Below are positions 1 to 10,620 of a stretch of 48,503 nucleotides of DNA, one piece after another. A program made the translations under genes and the position numbers. The stretch is from Octopus bimaculoides (Eukaryota), in assembly GCF_001194135.2 (NCBI RefSeq), contig NC_068988.1:74067057-74115559 (forward strand), written 5' to 3'. The notes below the pieces were generated by a model. It had not been told where the DNA came from and made no database searches. It saw only the letters and a program-made list of their open reading frames with translations. How positions within the stretch are numbered: position 1 is the stretch's first letter; the number at the start of each line of letters is the position of its first letter.

Positions 1-170
1 ATTTTTAAACTTCAAACTTCATTTGTTTTCTATTTTGATAAATTCTCTCTGTTGAAAATTATATTTTTATATTTTAAATAATTTGCAATTTCAGGAAATA
101 TGTTTTTATATTAAATTTGTGTTTTCTACTCACGACTAGCCCTGCACGGACGCGCGAACTTTCGAGTAAT

Positions 171-172
171 AG

Positions 173-205
<33 letters not shown>

Positions 206-215
206 CAGACAGACA
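171..215. repeat. (GATA)n/(GA)n/(GACA)n compound microsatellite
   Basis: tagatagatagatagatagatagagagagagagagacagacagaca read directly. Confidence 0.9.
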
Positions 216-706
216 TATAGCACGCTCCGGCCAGTCATGGTATTAGCTGTCAGGAGCCAAAGAATCGACAGGCCAGCAACAGGCATGCAGGCAGACAGAC
301 AGATACTTCACTAGCAGTGAGCACTTTCACTTCTGACAGCTAAAAGCATGATAGTACCGAAATCTGTAGTTATTTGATGAAAGTAAAGAATACATACAGC
401 CAGTGTTTAAGATTAAGGTTAGGGATTTTGTTAGGCGGAAAACGGGTGGTGTACTATTCTTTACGTTCGCCAAATATTTTACTAAATTCTTCATAATTAA
501 TGGGTTTTTTTTTTTTTAGTGAATATATTTTATTTATAGATAATTCTTTTCTCTCTGCTATTTGTATAACCTTTCAATGTTGCAGGTTGTCATCAGACAT
601 GTTAAAGAGAAAGCCACTGCTGTAATCAAGTTGCTCCCTATATTTTTTTTAAGAATCAAAAGGTGTCCACTTTTAAATGATACATGTGCAGGTGAGTTAA
701 TACTAC

Positions 707-969
707 TACAGCTTTGTTAAGCTATACGCAAACGAACTAGTGGAGACGAGAATACATTTACCAAAGGTTTATTACTTTACGTACATCAGGGCTTAAGTCG
801 TCAGTTATTTCTGTTTAGTTCACTCAGACTTGTTTCACCCTCACTGTTGACATTCTTCTGTTTTCCTTCTCCTTCCTGAAGTCCTTTTGTTTTCCTGCTG
901 ACCAACTTCCTAGCTAGCCCGCAACGAAATTTCTGTCTACAGTTCGTTTGTCACAAATTCTGCCCTACA
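707..969 (-). repeat. 3' LTR of the Gypsy element
   Basis: Aligns with 4190-4420 plus a ~30-bp indel; preceded on the minus strand by the G-run PPT at about 972-985. Confidence 0.92.
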
Positions 970-1203
970 TAGCCCCCCCCCCCCCACGATCTGTGGACTG
1001 TCATCAGAAACGGGAAGGTGTTTTAATTGCCCTGCCCCAACGTGTGGTTACTCGATTCTTTAGTAACTGTTCCTTGTCAAGAGTTGGTGTGATTTGTCTA
1101 GGACGGCCCCTGTTTGGTAGTTGGGCTACCTGAACAGGGCTGTCAATATCGAGATGGGCCAGTTTTAATCTATTGATGGAGACTGTGTCTTGTCGTCCAC
1201 CAA

Positions 1204-2279
1204 TTAAGAGTTGGAATGTTTTATCTCCCAGATGTATGACTTCATATGGACCGTCGTAGGGTGACTGGAGGGTTTTTGTTGTGTGTCACGTCGAACGAAC
1301 ACAAAGTTAGCTGTGCAGAGGTCATTTGGTATGGATGATCTGGGCCCATGCTGTTTCTCAGTTGAGCGAGGTACTTTTTGACATCTGGGTCTCACTTCGT
1401 ATTCGGAAGGAACTCTCCTGGCACTGTAAGGGGAGCACCGTAAAACCATTTCTGTGGAGGAGGTGTTGAGATTTTCTTTTGGGGCAGTGTGGATTCCCAG
1501 CATCACCCATGGGAGTTGGTCAATCCAATTTGGCCCATTAAGTCTGGTTATCAGTGATTCCTTCAGGCAGCAGTGAAATCTCTCCACTAATCCGTTGGCC
1601 TGTGGGTGGTTGTGTGGTTCATTGTGATTCCGAAAAGGTCACACATGTCATTCCACAGCTTTGAGGTGAATTGTAGACCCCGATTGGATGAGATGCTATC
1701 TGGGACACCAAAGTGGGCGACCCAGTTTGCAATGAAAGCTTGGCTGACTTCTTGTTTCTGTGCTGTGGAGAGGGATAGCTTCAGGCCAATGGGTGTAGCG
1801 GTCCACCAAGTTCAGTAGATACGAGCAACCCTGTGAAGGTGGTTGGGGGCTGACAAAGTCGATGTTAACAATGGCTGAATCAGGCCTGAGGTGATTGATA
1901 GTTGCCGAGGGTTGCTTTGGTGTGTTGATGGATCTTGGCTTGTTGACAGGGGTTGTAGGACCTAGTTCAGTCCCCAATTTGCTTGGCCATACCGTGCCAG
2001 ATAAATTTGCTTGACAGTAGCCACTGTGTGGCTTTAGTGCCTGGGTGGGAAAGTCCGTGAATGATGTCGAAAACTTTCTTGCAACAGTGGCTTCCCAGTG
2101 GATACATCACACTGTAGGGTTGTGCTGTTAGAGCCAAAGTGTAGATCTTGCAAAGAAAGTGATGTGATAGCAGTGTGGTAGGCTCTGATCTCATCATCTG
2201 TCTGTTGGGTTGCAGCCATAGCTTCGTAATCCAAGCCTTCCGTTATTGGTGCTAGGTGTGAGAGCAGGTAGGAGCACAA
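1204..2279 (-). pseudogene. Gypsy integrase remnants (HHCC zinc region and catalytic core), frameshifted
   Basis: Fragments IHGLSHPGTKAT, YLLNLVDRYTHWPEAIPL, MERFHCCLKESL, WIDQLPWVMLGIHTAPKENL split over several frames. Confidence 0.88.
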
Positions 2280-2299
2280 GAGAGTGCATTGGCAACTGG

Positions 2300-2975
2300 G
2301 TTGCCCTTGCTGGCTATATGTTGGCTGTCTGTGGTGTACTCAGAAATTGCCAATAGCTGTCATTGTTGGCATGCAGACCATGGCTCTGAGAGCTTGGTCA
2401 TAGAAAAGGTGAGTGGTTTGCGATCCGTGAATACTGTAAGTGTGTGGCCTGCAAGGAAATATTGAAAGCGGCAGACACCTAGATGGACAGCCAGTAGTTC
2501 CCTGTCAAAAGCAAATTATTTCTGTTCGGCTGAAGAAGGCAAGCGGTTGCCACTGACTGTTGATGTATTGTTCCAAAACGCCACTAATAGCGTTTTTCAG
2601 CCCAAAGGGTGTACATAGGAATTTGTACAGACCGAAAGGAGTGATCATAGTGATTTTTGGTACATTGTCATCTTGTACTGGTATTTGGTGGTATCCCTAG
2701 ATGAGGTCAACTTTGGAGAAAACCAAGCACCTGGCTAGCTGGGCTGAAAAATCTTCTATGTTTGGAAAGGGGTAGTGGTCAGGTGTCATATCCTTGTTGA
2801 GACGGTGGTAATCTTCACTGGATCGATAACCTCCGTTGGATTTGGGGCCCACATGCAGAGGTGATGACCAGGGATTGCTTGATTGGCGAACTATACCCAA
2901 TACCTCCATATTGTCGAACTCGGTCTTTGCAATTGCAAGTTTGTCTGGTGATAGACAACATGCGCGGATGTGCAC
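2300..2975 (-). pseudogene. Gypsy RT N-terminal part fused to RNase H C-terminal part
   Basis: LSPDKLAIAKTEF, SSNPWSSPLHV, DYHRLN, FSKVDL and GYHQIP..TPFGL..PFGLKNA run straight into ISGVLEQ..WQPLAFFS; no YxDD motif. Confidence 0.85.
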
Positions 2976-3269
2976 TGGGGGGGCCAGTGGTGGAGATGTG
3001 GTGTCACCCCATGGGAGGCTGTAGACTTGGAGAATGTTGGAGTGGTGAGATTGGGTGACTTACAAGAAGATCCGAGAATTCATTCTTGGTCTGAGATGGT
3101 TGCTATGCGGTGGGTGGCATGTGCAGATGTTGCAAGAGGTATGAAAGCATGTGTTGGTGTCAAGGAGTTGTCTTCCCTGCAAATCTACCAGTAGCAAGTG
3201 TGCTCAAAGAAAGTCTGCACCGATTATGGGCTGATGGACATTGGCGATGGTGAATGCTCATGTGTATTT

Positions 3270-3494
3270 TCATGAGCCAATGTTGAAGGAAAGGGTGCAA
3301 TGACCGTATGCCTCGATTGTGAACCTGTTGGCAGCTGTTAAAAGTTGGCTCTGCTTTCTGTGATGGAGGTCCCTTGCCGAAGCCGTGATCACACTGACTT
3401 CTGCTCCTGTGTCGATGAGGAGCCTGCATCCAGAGCTATGATCGTGGACATAGAGGAGCATTTGGTCATGTCTGCTGGCCACCAGCGTGTTCAA
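3270..3494 (-). pseudogene. Gypsy aspartic protease remnant
   Basis: LLIDTGAEVSVI active-site motif. Confidence 0.88.
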
Positions 3495-3499
3495 CGGTG

Positions 3500-4141
3500 G
3501 CCGGCTCTGGAGTTTCCCTGGGTCACTGGTGAAGGGGTCCTGAAGCTACATGGTTGTTTGCACTTTGTCGCCTTTTTTCCAAACTTTGCATGGTAGAAGT
3601 ACAGGTCATCATGCTTAATCCTACCCTGTCTCGGGGCCAACCCTATAACGTTGACCAGGACACCACTGGATTGAAAATGCCTGTCAGCTGCCTTTGCTAA
3701 TTGCTGCAGGTCCTTGATTTCGGTCTGAGTTATGAGGGTCTAGACCTAGGGTGGCAGCTTGCGGAGGAATATTTCTTTAAACAAAAAGGAAGGTGACTTA
3801 CCGGAGTGGGGACTAATGCCAACATCCTGTCCATCAGTTCTGAAGGCTTAGAATCACCTAATTCCTCCTCCAGTATCTTGGCTGCTGCTTCTTTCACTGC
3901 GTCGGAATGTATCCACTGGCCTATCTTTCAATATGACGTATTTTTTCGTTGGTGGGGGATGGGTTAAAATGTCCAGCACCCTTGTTGTCGTGTCTTCGTC
4001 TAATGCTGCCACATGCGAGTACTTTGTTTGGTCAGCTGTTACTTTGTTTATATTGAATTGAGCCTCTGCCTGCGCGAACCACAGTTCAGCCCCCTTAGGC
4101 CAGAACTGTGGTAGCCTCAGTGTTGTTTTGTTGCTAGCCAT
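3500..4141 (-). pseudogene. Gypsy gag remnant
   Basis: ORF 3854-4141 starts MASNKTTLRLPQFWPKGAELWFAQAEAQF, a typical Gypsy gag N-terminus, just after the PBS; the extent of the gag region toward the protease is approximate. Confidence 0.85.
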
Positions 4142-4172
4142 GTTTGTTTCGGTAGTGGGAGCTGTTGTTCTA

Positions 4173-4187
4173 TCGTCGGGGTTACCA
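4173..4187 (-). promoter_or_regulatory. Primer binding site of the Gypsy element
   Basis: Minus strand TGGTAACCCCGACGA, 2 nt downstream of the 5' LTR; the TGG start matches a tRNA CCA end. Confidence 0.8.
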
Positions 4188-4189
4188 GT

Positions 4190-4420
4190 TATAGCATTGT
4201 TAAGCTATATGCAAACAAACTAGTGGAGACAAGAATACATTTACCAAAGGTTTATTATTTTACATACATCAGGGCTTAAGTCATCAAATATTTCTGTTTA
4301 GTTCACTCAGATTCGTTTTACACTTGCTGTTGTCCTTTTCTTTTCCTGCTGACCAACTTCCTTACTAGCCCGCAGCAAAGTTTCTGTCTATGGCTCGTCT
4401 GTCACGAATCCTGCCCTACA
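4190..4420 (-). repeat. 5' LTR of the Gypsy element
   Basis: Minus strand starts TGTAGGG; aligns with 707-969; flanked by TSD CTAC. Confidence 0.92.
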
Positions 4421-4844
4421 CTACTTCCACACATTTACACACTTATTTACAACAATCACTAATTTCAGTTTTTAAATAATTATTTCACTAAAAACATTTT
4501 CCAAATTCAATGAATATTTAAAGATCAGTTTCTTTGGTAGCCAGTGAATATTTTTTTATTGAAGATATACTGAAGTCATTTGGTTTTGCTGAGGTATTCT
4601 TTTTTTAAGGATATAACTTCCATTTGTTAAAAGTTTATTATTTTTAAAATTTGTTATATTAATATATTTGTCTGCATGTGTTTACTTTATGTGTATTTCA
4701 GTGTTAAGTATACCTGTCATGTATTTGTGTACATCATTAATATATAAGTGCATGTGTCTGTCTCCAAAACTCCAAAGTTGAGTAACATTTTCATGCTTGG
4801 ATTTATAAACTACAATAAGAATAACACTGAACAATAACAATAAC

Positions 4845-5035
4845 AAAAATATGTAATATGCTAACAAATAGAAAAATTAAAACAAAACACGCGAGTGAAA
4901 TGAATCTCGTGGTGTGAAGAATCAACACAGTAAAAATATATGAAATGAAAAATATGTAAAAATACTAACACACAGAAAAATTAAAACAAAACATGTGGGT
5001 GAAAAGAATTTTGTGGTGTGAAGAATCAACACAGA
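4845..5035. repeat. Local tandem duplication, two diverged copies with ~104-bp period
   Basis: taac..gaaaaattaaaacaaaaca..gtggtgtgaagaatcaacacag occurs from about 4862 and from about 4966. Confidence 0.75.
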
Positions 5036-5442
5036 AGAACATGCAGCACATACACGGGTGAAGTAAAATACAACACAGCGTGTGGTTGTCATGGTAACAA
5101 GCTGTTAATGCCTCGCTGTCTGTTGATTGGCTAAAATTACCCAAATTTCCCAACTTTAATTCCAAATAACATCAGATTCTTTAATTTACAAGATAAAGTA
5201 ATTGGTTGATCATATTCAAAATTGACACCAAATAAGACACCAAAATTGAAAGCGATCGGAGCAAAATTAAAAGGGCTCATTTTGTGAATGAAACCAACTA
5301 GATCCACCAGTGCAAAATGTAGTTTCCATGGGAGATATAATTGAAATTATGGCGATATTTCATTTTAAGTCTCAGACTCACTATCTTAGTTAATTTTCAT
5401 GAAAAATTTTTATTCAATCAGAAAACAGGATTTGAAGACATG

Positions 5443-5850
5443 TCAACTGTAAACACTCCTGTGTACATGTGTGCTTGTTCTGTTTGATGTGTCGATGTGG
5501 AAGAGGAAGCTAATGGGTGTATGTCTGTGTGAGTGCGTGTGTGCTGTTTTATTTTTATGTATTTGTGTGTGGAGGAAGCTACTGGGTGTACGTGTGTGCA
5601 AGCATGTTCTGTTTTTATGTATTTATGTGTGTGGAATATAGATATAACAAAAACAATAAAGAAGGTAAGAACAAATATGCAAGGCTTTTCTCAAGTTTAA
5701 AATGCAATATTGTTTTTGTTATATCTACTTTCCACACACATAAATACATTTAAACAACACACATACATGTACACCCGTTAGCTTCCTCTTCCACTTTCAT
5801 TTGTCAAACAGAACAAGCACACACACATGTACACGAGTGTTTACAGTTGA
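5443..5850. mobile_element. MITE-like fold-back element with ~85-bp terminal inverted repeats
   Basis: tcaactgtaaacactc..gaagaggaagcta(a/c)tgggtgta at 5443-5525 is the reverse complement of about 5765-5850; no coding capacity; no TSD identified. Confidence 0.6.
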
Positions 5851-6405
5851 TAAGACAATATGTGCACACGGAAAAGGACGAAGATTCTTTGACGACTCTG
5901 AGATTCAAAATGAAGCATTTCTGAAATTATTTGATAATGTTCCTTATTGAATACTACTGGTCTTCAAAAACCAATAAGAGAATATCTATAAGGTTTATAT
6001 ATATATAAATATGTATAACAATATAAAGGATTCCAGGGAGAATCAGGTACTTACATGGTATGCACCAAGTTGGGTAAATATAACCTGTTGGCACCACCTT
6101 TGGTTGGATCTAAATACTGTGAGACATTTAGGCTGTGCATACAGAGAAAATCCACCTCTACGAGTATCTAACACCTAGGGGCTGTTCCAAATCACATGTA
6201 TATATTACATGGTGTTTAGTATACTCTGGGAAGTCCGATGGGTCGTGAATCCATTTGGTGTATTATAGGCAAAGAAAAAATAACAGACGATGGATAAATG
6301 TCAGTTCATCACGGCTGTTTCTTATGCATTTTTTATTTGCTGAGTGAGTACATTACATCATATTAAAAAAAACTTTTCATCAAATGATCCATATAATTTC
6401 ATAAT

Positions 6406-6611
6406 CCTTTCTACTATAGGTGCAAGACCTGAAATTTGGGGGAGGGGGATAGTTGATTACATCAACCTCCAGTACTCAGCTTGTACGTAATTTATCGACC
6501 CTGAAAGGCATAGGCAACCTCAGCAGAATTTGAATTCAGAATGTAGCAGCAGACGAAATACTGCTAAGCATTTTGCCTGGTGTGCTAACGATTCTGCCAG
6601 CTTGCTGCTTT
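6406..6611 (-). mobile_element. tRNA-derived SINE, diverged copy of the 45471-45699 family
   Basis: Reverse complement aligns with the 45471-45699 copy; flanking direct repeat catataatttcataat at 6390-6405 and 6612-6627. Confidence 0.85.
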
Positions 6612-7518
6612 CATATAATTTCATAATAATAGAACAATCCCTCTGTGCAGTGAGAACGCATCTGGCCTTCAATGGAAGAAAAACAGAATCATTAAAGGGA
6701 TGAAACTGTATTAGGAATTTAGTTAGTGGGTGGGGTGAGAAGAGATTTATGGCTACCAACCTAGCCAGCAGCTGGTCAGGATGTAAGTTGGAGAAAATTA
6801 GGTGATTCATCAACGAGTAAAGATGTGTAGGTAATCAAACCTTTTCCCTCCATAACCAACATCTGGTTTATCCTATATTCTGAACGATATCTCTCTACCC
6901 ACTATCTTTGAACCCTAATCTTTAACAAAGGTATGTTGCCCTTATATCAGTACTTAATTGCCTCTGTTTCTGTTGTTTCAACTTCGCTTCTAGCTATTCA
7001 TCTCTCTAACACCAGGGTGATAAAACAAATAACAGTAAAACACATAAAAAAATACATACATTATTACTTTTTTACCATCTATAAGAAAGATTGAAATGAA
7101 ATGTCCACTGTTGAATCCATACATTTTAAGTATCCTCTATATCATTTACTTCTCTTTTATTTCAGAATATCAGATGGCATTGGATATTTAAAGAAATTTT
7201 TACATCAGATACATCTTCAATATTTATCATCTTTTAGACTAAACAGAGCAGAAATAATCCTGTTTATATAAATCTATGGTCTGGCAGAAGAACTTACCTG
7301 CAGCATTTCCAATATTTTCTTTAAGCTGAAATTAATAACAACATTTCCCTTCTCTCTCAGGATTATGTATAAGATGATTTTTCTAACTTGAATTACAAAG
7401 ATGTTTGCAGTATCTTCTGGTATTGATGAAAATACATCAAAAGGAATATGTTTTTAAATACAAACTATAAAAAAAAAATGAGAAAGAAGTCAATATATTG
7501 AGGTGAGAGAATGAAATT

Positions 7519-8775
7519 ATGGAAAAGGTAAAGTGTGAAACTGATGAGTCTAGCAGGGTTGATTTTTCAGAAAAGATGCCAAAAGAGATAGGACAGCCAT
7601 CATACCATGGTGGTATATTCTTCCTAAATCATCACTTAACAGCTCATAGAAGCATTCCTACTGGAGAGAAACCATATCACTGTGGTATCTGTGGTAAATC
7701 ATTCTCTGAAAGCAGTCATTTAACTAACCACAAACATATTCACACAGGACAGAAAGCACATCACTGTGATGTCTGTAGCAAATCATTTTATCGAAATGAT
7801 GAATTAATTACTCATATACGTATTCACACAGGTGAGAGACCATATCAGTGTGATATCTGTGGTAAATCATTTACTGTAAAATGTGTCTTAACTAAACACA
7901 AACTTATTCATACTGGAGAAAGACCTTATCACTGTGATATTTGTGGCAAGTCATTCTCTCTGAAAGGTAACCGAGATACCCATAAACGTATTCATACAGG
8001 AGAGAAGCCGTATCGCTGTGACATCTGTGGTAAATCCTTTTCTGAAAATGGTGATATAACTCTGCACAAGCGTATTCATACAGGAGAGAAACCATATCAG
8101 TGTGATATCTGTGGTAAATCATTCTCTAGAGGAAGTACCTTAATTGCTCACAAACGTATTCATACAGGAGAGAAACCATATCACTGTGATATTTGTGGTA
8201 AATCATTCTCTCAGTGTGGTGTCTTAACCAGCCACAAACGTATTCATACAGGAGAGAAACCATATTTATGTGATATCTGTGATAAATCATTCTCTGAAAA
8301 AAGTCACTTAACTAGCCACAAACGTATTCATACAGGAGAGAAACCATATCTGTGTGATATCTGTGGTGAATCGTTCTCTGGAGGAAGTACCTTAATTACT
8401 CACAAACGTATTCATACAGGAGAGAAACCCTATGAATGTAATATCTGTGGTAAATCATTCACTGAAAGAAGTCACTTAACAAAACATAAACGTATTCATA
8501 CTGGAGAAAAACCATATCAGTGTGATGTCTGTGGTAAATCATTCTCTGGAAGTAGTGATTTAACTAGACACAAAAGTATTCATACAGGGGAGAAGCCATA
8601 TCATTGTGATATCTGCAGTAAATCATTCTCTCAAAGTAGTGTTTTAATTAAGCACAAACGTATTCATACAGGAGAAAAACCATATCACTGTGATGTCTGT
8701 GGTAAATCATTCTCTCAAAAGAGTCACTTAACTAAACATGTTTGTATTCATACAGTGCCAGAAGCCGTGCTATAA
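7519..8775 (+). CDS. C2H2 (Kruppel-type) zinc-finger protein, 418 aa, 13 intact tandem fingers plus one degenerate N-terminal finger
   Basis: Uninterrupted ORF with 13 CxxC-x12-HxxxH units joined by TGE(K/R)P-type linkers; short acidic N-terminus with no KRAB/BTB/SCAN; candidate upstream splice acceptors (pyrimidine tract plus AG) at 7164-7165 and 7359-7360 suggest a terminal coding exon. Confidence 0.93.
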   Translation: MEKVKCETDESSRVDFSEKMPKEIGQPSYHGGIFFLNHHLTAHRSIPTGEKPYHCGICGKSFSESSHLTNHKHIHTGQKAHHCDVCSKSFYRNDELITHIRIHTGERPYQCDICGKSFTVKCVLTKHKLIHTGERPYHCDICGKSFSLKGNRDTHKRIHTGEKPYRCDICGKSFSENGDITLHKRIHTGEKPYQCDICGKSFSRGSTLIAHKRIHTGEKPYHCDICGKSFSQCGVLTSHKRIHTGEKPYLCDICDKSFSEKSHLTSHKRIHTGEKPYLCDICGESFSGGSTLITHKRIHTGEKPYECNICGKSFTERSHLTKHKRIHTGEKPYQCDVCGKSFSGSSDLTRHKSIHTGEKPYHCDICSKSFSQSSVLIKHKRIHTGEKPYHCDVCGKSFSQKSHLTKHVCIHTVPEAVL

Positions 8776-9199
8776 AATATGTTGTAACTGAAGATGTATT
8801 CACTCTGGAAAGAAAACATTTCAGTGTGGTAACAACATCTCAACATTATATTTTCTGTCACCACATATCTCTACATCAGTAAGATAAATTACAATTGCAA
8901 TATTTTTGATAAAAATATTTTTTAAAAGCTTAATTACATCCCAATAGTTTTAAGTTCCATAATCATTATTTTATTATCAATCATTGCCTCCTTAGGGTAG
9001 AAAATGCCATTACATTTGTACAAACAAATCCCTCCAAATTAACTGTCTTTGAATGTACTTTTAATAATATTTATCAATACCAATGTGCTTTATTGGTATT
9101 GATTCTGCTTTGTTCTGATAGTAACAACTTCGGCAATATTAAGCTTTATCAGCCCTAAGACAACAACAGTGACATGGAGACATTTAGCTCATGAGCAAA

Positions 9200-10200
9200 T
9201 GCTTGCAGTTCCTTGGTTTTATGAGATATACAGAGGTCTGGCAGAAGAACTTACCTGCAGCAATTCCATGGTCTTAGGAGATATACAAATGTCCAAGATG
9301 AACTCACCTGAGGAAGTTCCATGTTATTGGGAGACATACAAAGGTGTGTGAGAGGAATGTAACTGAGGTAGTTCCATGGTCTTTGAGAGGAACTCAACTA
9401 GGGCAGTTCCATGGCCTTACAAGACATACAGCAGTTTTGGATAGAGATTAACTTAGGGCAGTGGCATGGTCTTAGGAGACATACAGAGTTCTTGGAGAGA
9501 AACTCACCTAGGGCAGTTGTATGGGATTAGGAGGCAACAGTCTTCAGAAATGAACTCTGCTGGACCAGCTCCATAGTCATAGAAGGTATACAAAGGTTTG
9601 GAGAGGAAATCAACTAGGATACATGCAGAGATTTTTGACTTAGGAGATTTCGAGTGATCTTGGAGATGGACTCAGCTGGGACAGTTCTATGGTCTTTGAA
9701 GACATATAGAGCTCTTTGAGAGAAACTAACCTGGGCAGTTCAGGGTTCTTAGGAAATATATAGAGGCCTAGGAGATGAACTTTCCTGGAGCAGTTCCATT
9801 ATCTTAGAGACATAGAACAATCTTTGAGAGGAACTCATGGATTTAGGAGATGTACAAATGTCCAGAAGAAGAAATGAACTGAGACAGTTCCATGATCTTA
9901 TAAATCATACTGAGGTCTTGAAGAGAAACTCACTTAGGACTGTTCCATAGTTGTGGGAGACATTCAGAAGTGTGTATGTGATCAGAAAGAGAATTACCTC
10001 GGGCTGTCGCATGGTCTTAGGAAATGGAGGGTTCCAAAACAAGCTCATCTGGACAGTTCTATGGTCTTAAGAGATATATGGAGGTCTTGAAAAGAACTTA
10101 TCTGGGCAGACTCGTAGTTGTAGGTGACATACAGAGTTCTTGGAGAGGGACTCACCTGATGCAGTTCCATAGTCTTATGGGAAATACAGAAATCTTGGAT
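9200..10200. repeat. Diverged minisatellite, ~55-bp unit, roughly 17-18 copies
   Basis: Consensus by eye gagacatacagaggtcttggagaggaactcacctagggcagttccatggtcttag, recurring every 53-56 bp. Confidence 0.88.
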
Positions 10201-10344
10201 AAGTGTGATGAAAAAAAAGCACCCAGTACACTTTGTAAAGTGGTTGGTGTAGAAACTATGCCAAAATAGACATTGGAACTCAAAGCAGCCCTCTGACACA
10301 TTGGATCCTGTTGAACTGTTTAACCAATATGCTGATATGGAATA

Positions 10345-10620
10345 CATCATCATCATAATTGTTAAACATCCGCTTTCCATGCTGGCATGGGTTGGACGGT
10401 TTGACTGAGGACTGGCAAACCAGAGGGCTGTACCAGGATCCAAATCTGATCTGACAAAGTTTCTACAACTGGATGCCCTTCCTAACGCCAACCACTCCAA
10501 GAGTGTAGTGGGTGCTTTTTATGTGCCATTGGCATGAGGGCCTGTCAGGTAGTACTGGCAACAACCACACTTGAATGGTTCTTTTAACGTGCCACTGGCA
10601 TGGGTGCCACGACAATGACT
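10345..10620 (-). mobile_element. RTE LINE 3' UTR fragment with (GAT)n tail
   Basis: Reverse complement matches 35480-35705, including ggcgttaggaagggcatccag and the gatgatgat tail. Confidence 0.85.

Larger units (their letters stand above)
707..4420 (-). mobile_element. Degenerate Ty3/Gypsy LTR retrotransposon, internally deleted
   Basis: Two similar LTRs (707-969, 4190-4420); 4-bp TSD CTAC at 703-706 and 4421-4424; PBS-like TGGTAACCCCGACGA next to the 5' LTR; poly-G PPT next to the 3' LTR; fragmented ORFs in Gypsy order gag-PR-RT-RH-IN. Confidence 0.95.

Noticed and set aside
585-600. CTGATGA on the minus strand (also near 1005 and 15450)
   Set aside because: No correctly placed GAAA, stems or NUH triplet
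6305-6325. cggctgtttc, similar to the cagctgtttc hammerhead family
   Set aside because: Only about 10 bp match; core and stem II absent
9200-10200. Possible CRISPR-like repeat-spacer pattern
   Set aside because: Whole units are homologous with no unique spacers; eukaryotic context with no cas genes
10045-10500. 151-aa minus-strand ORF with an apparent 18-aa repeat
   Set aside because: Chimera of an RTE 3' UTR and the minisatellite; the frame survives only through compensating 55- and 53-bp units
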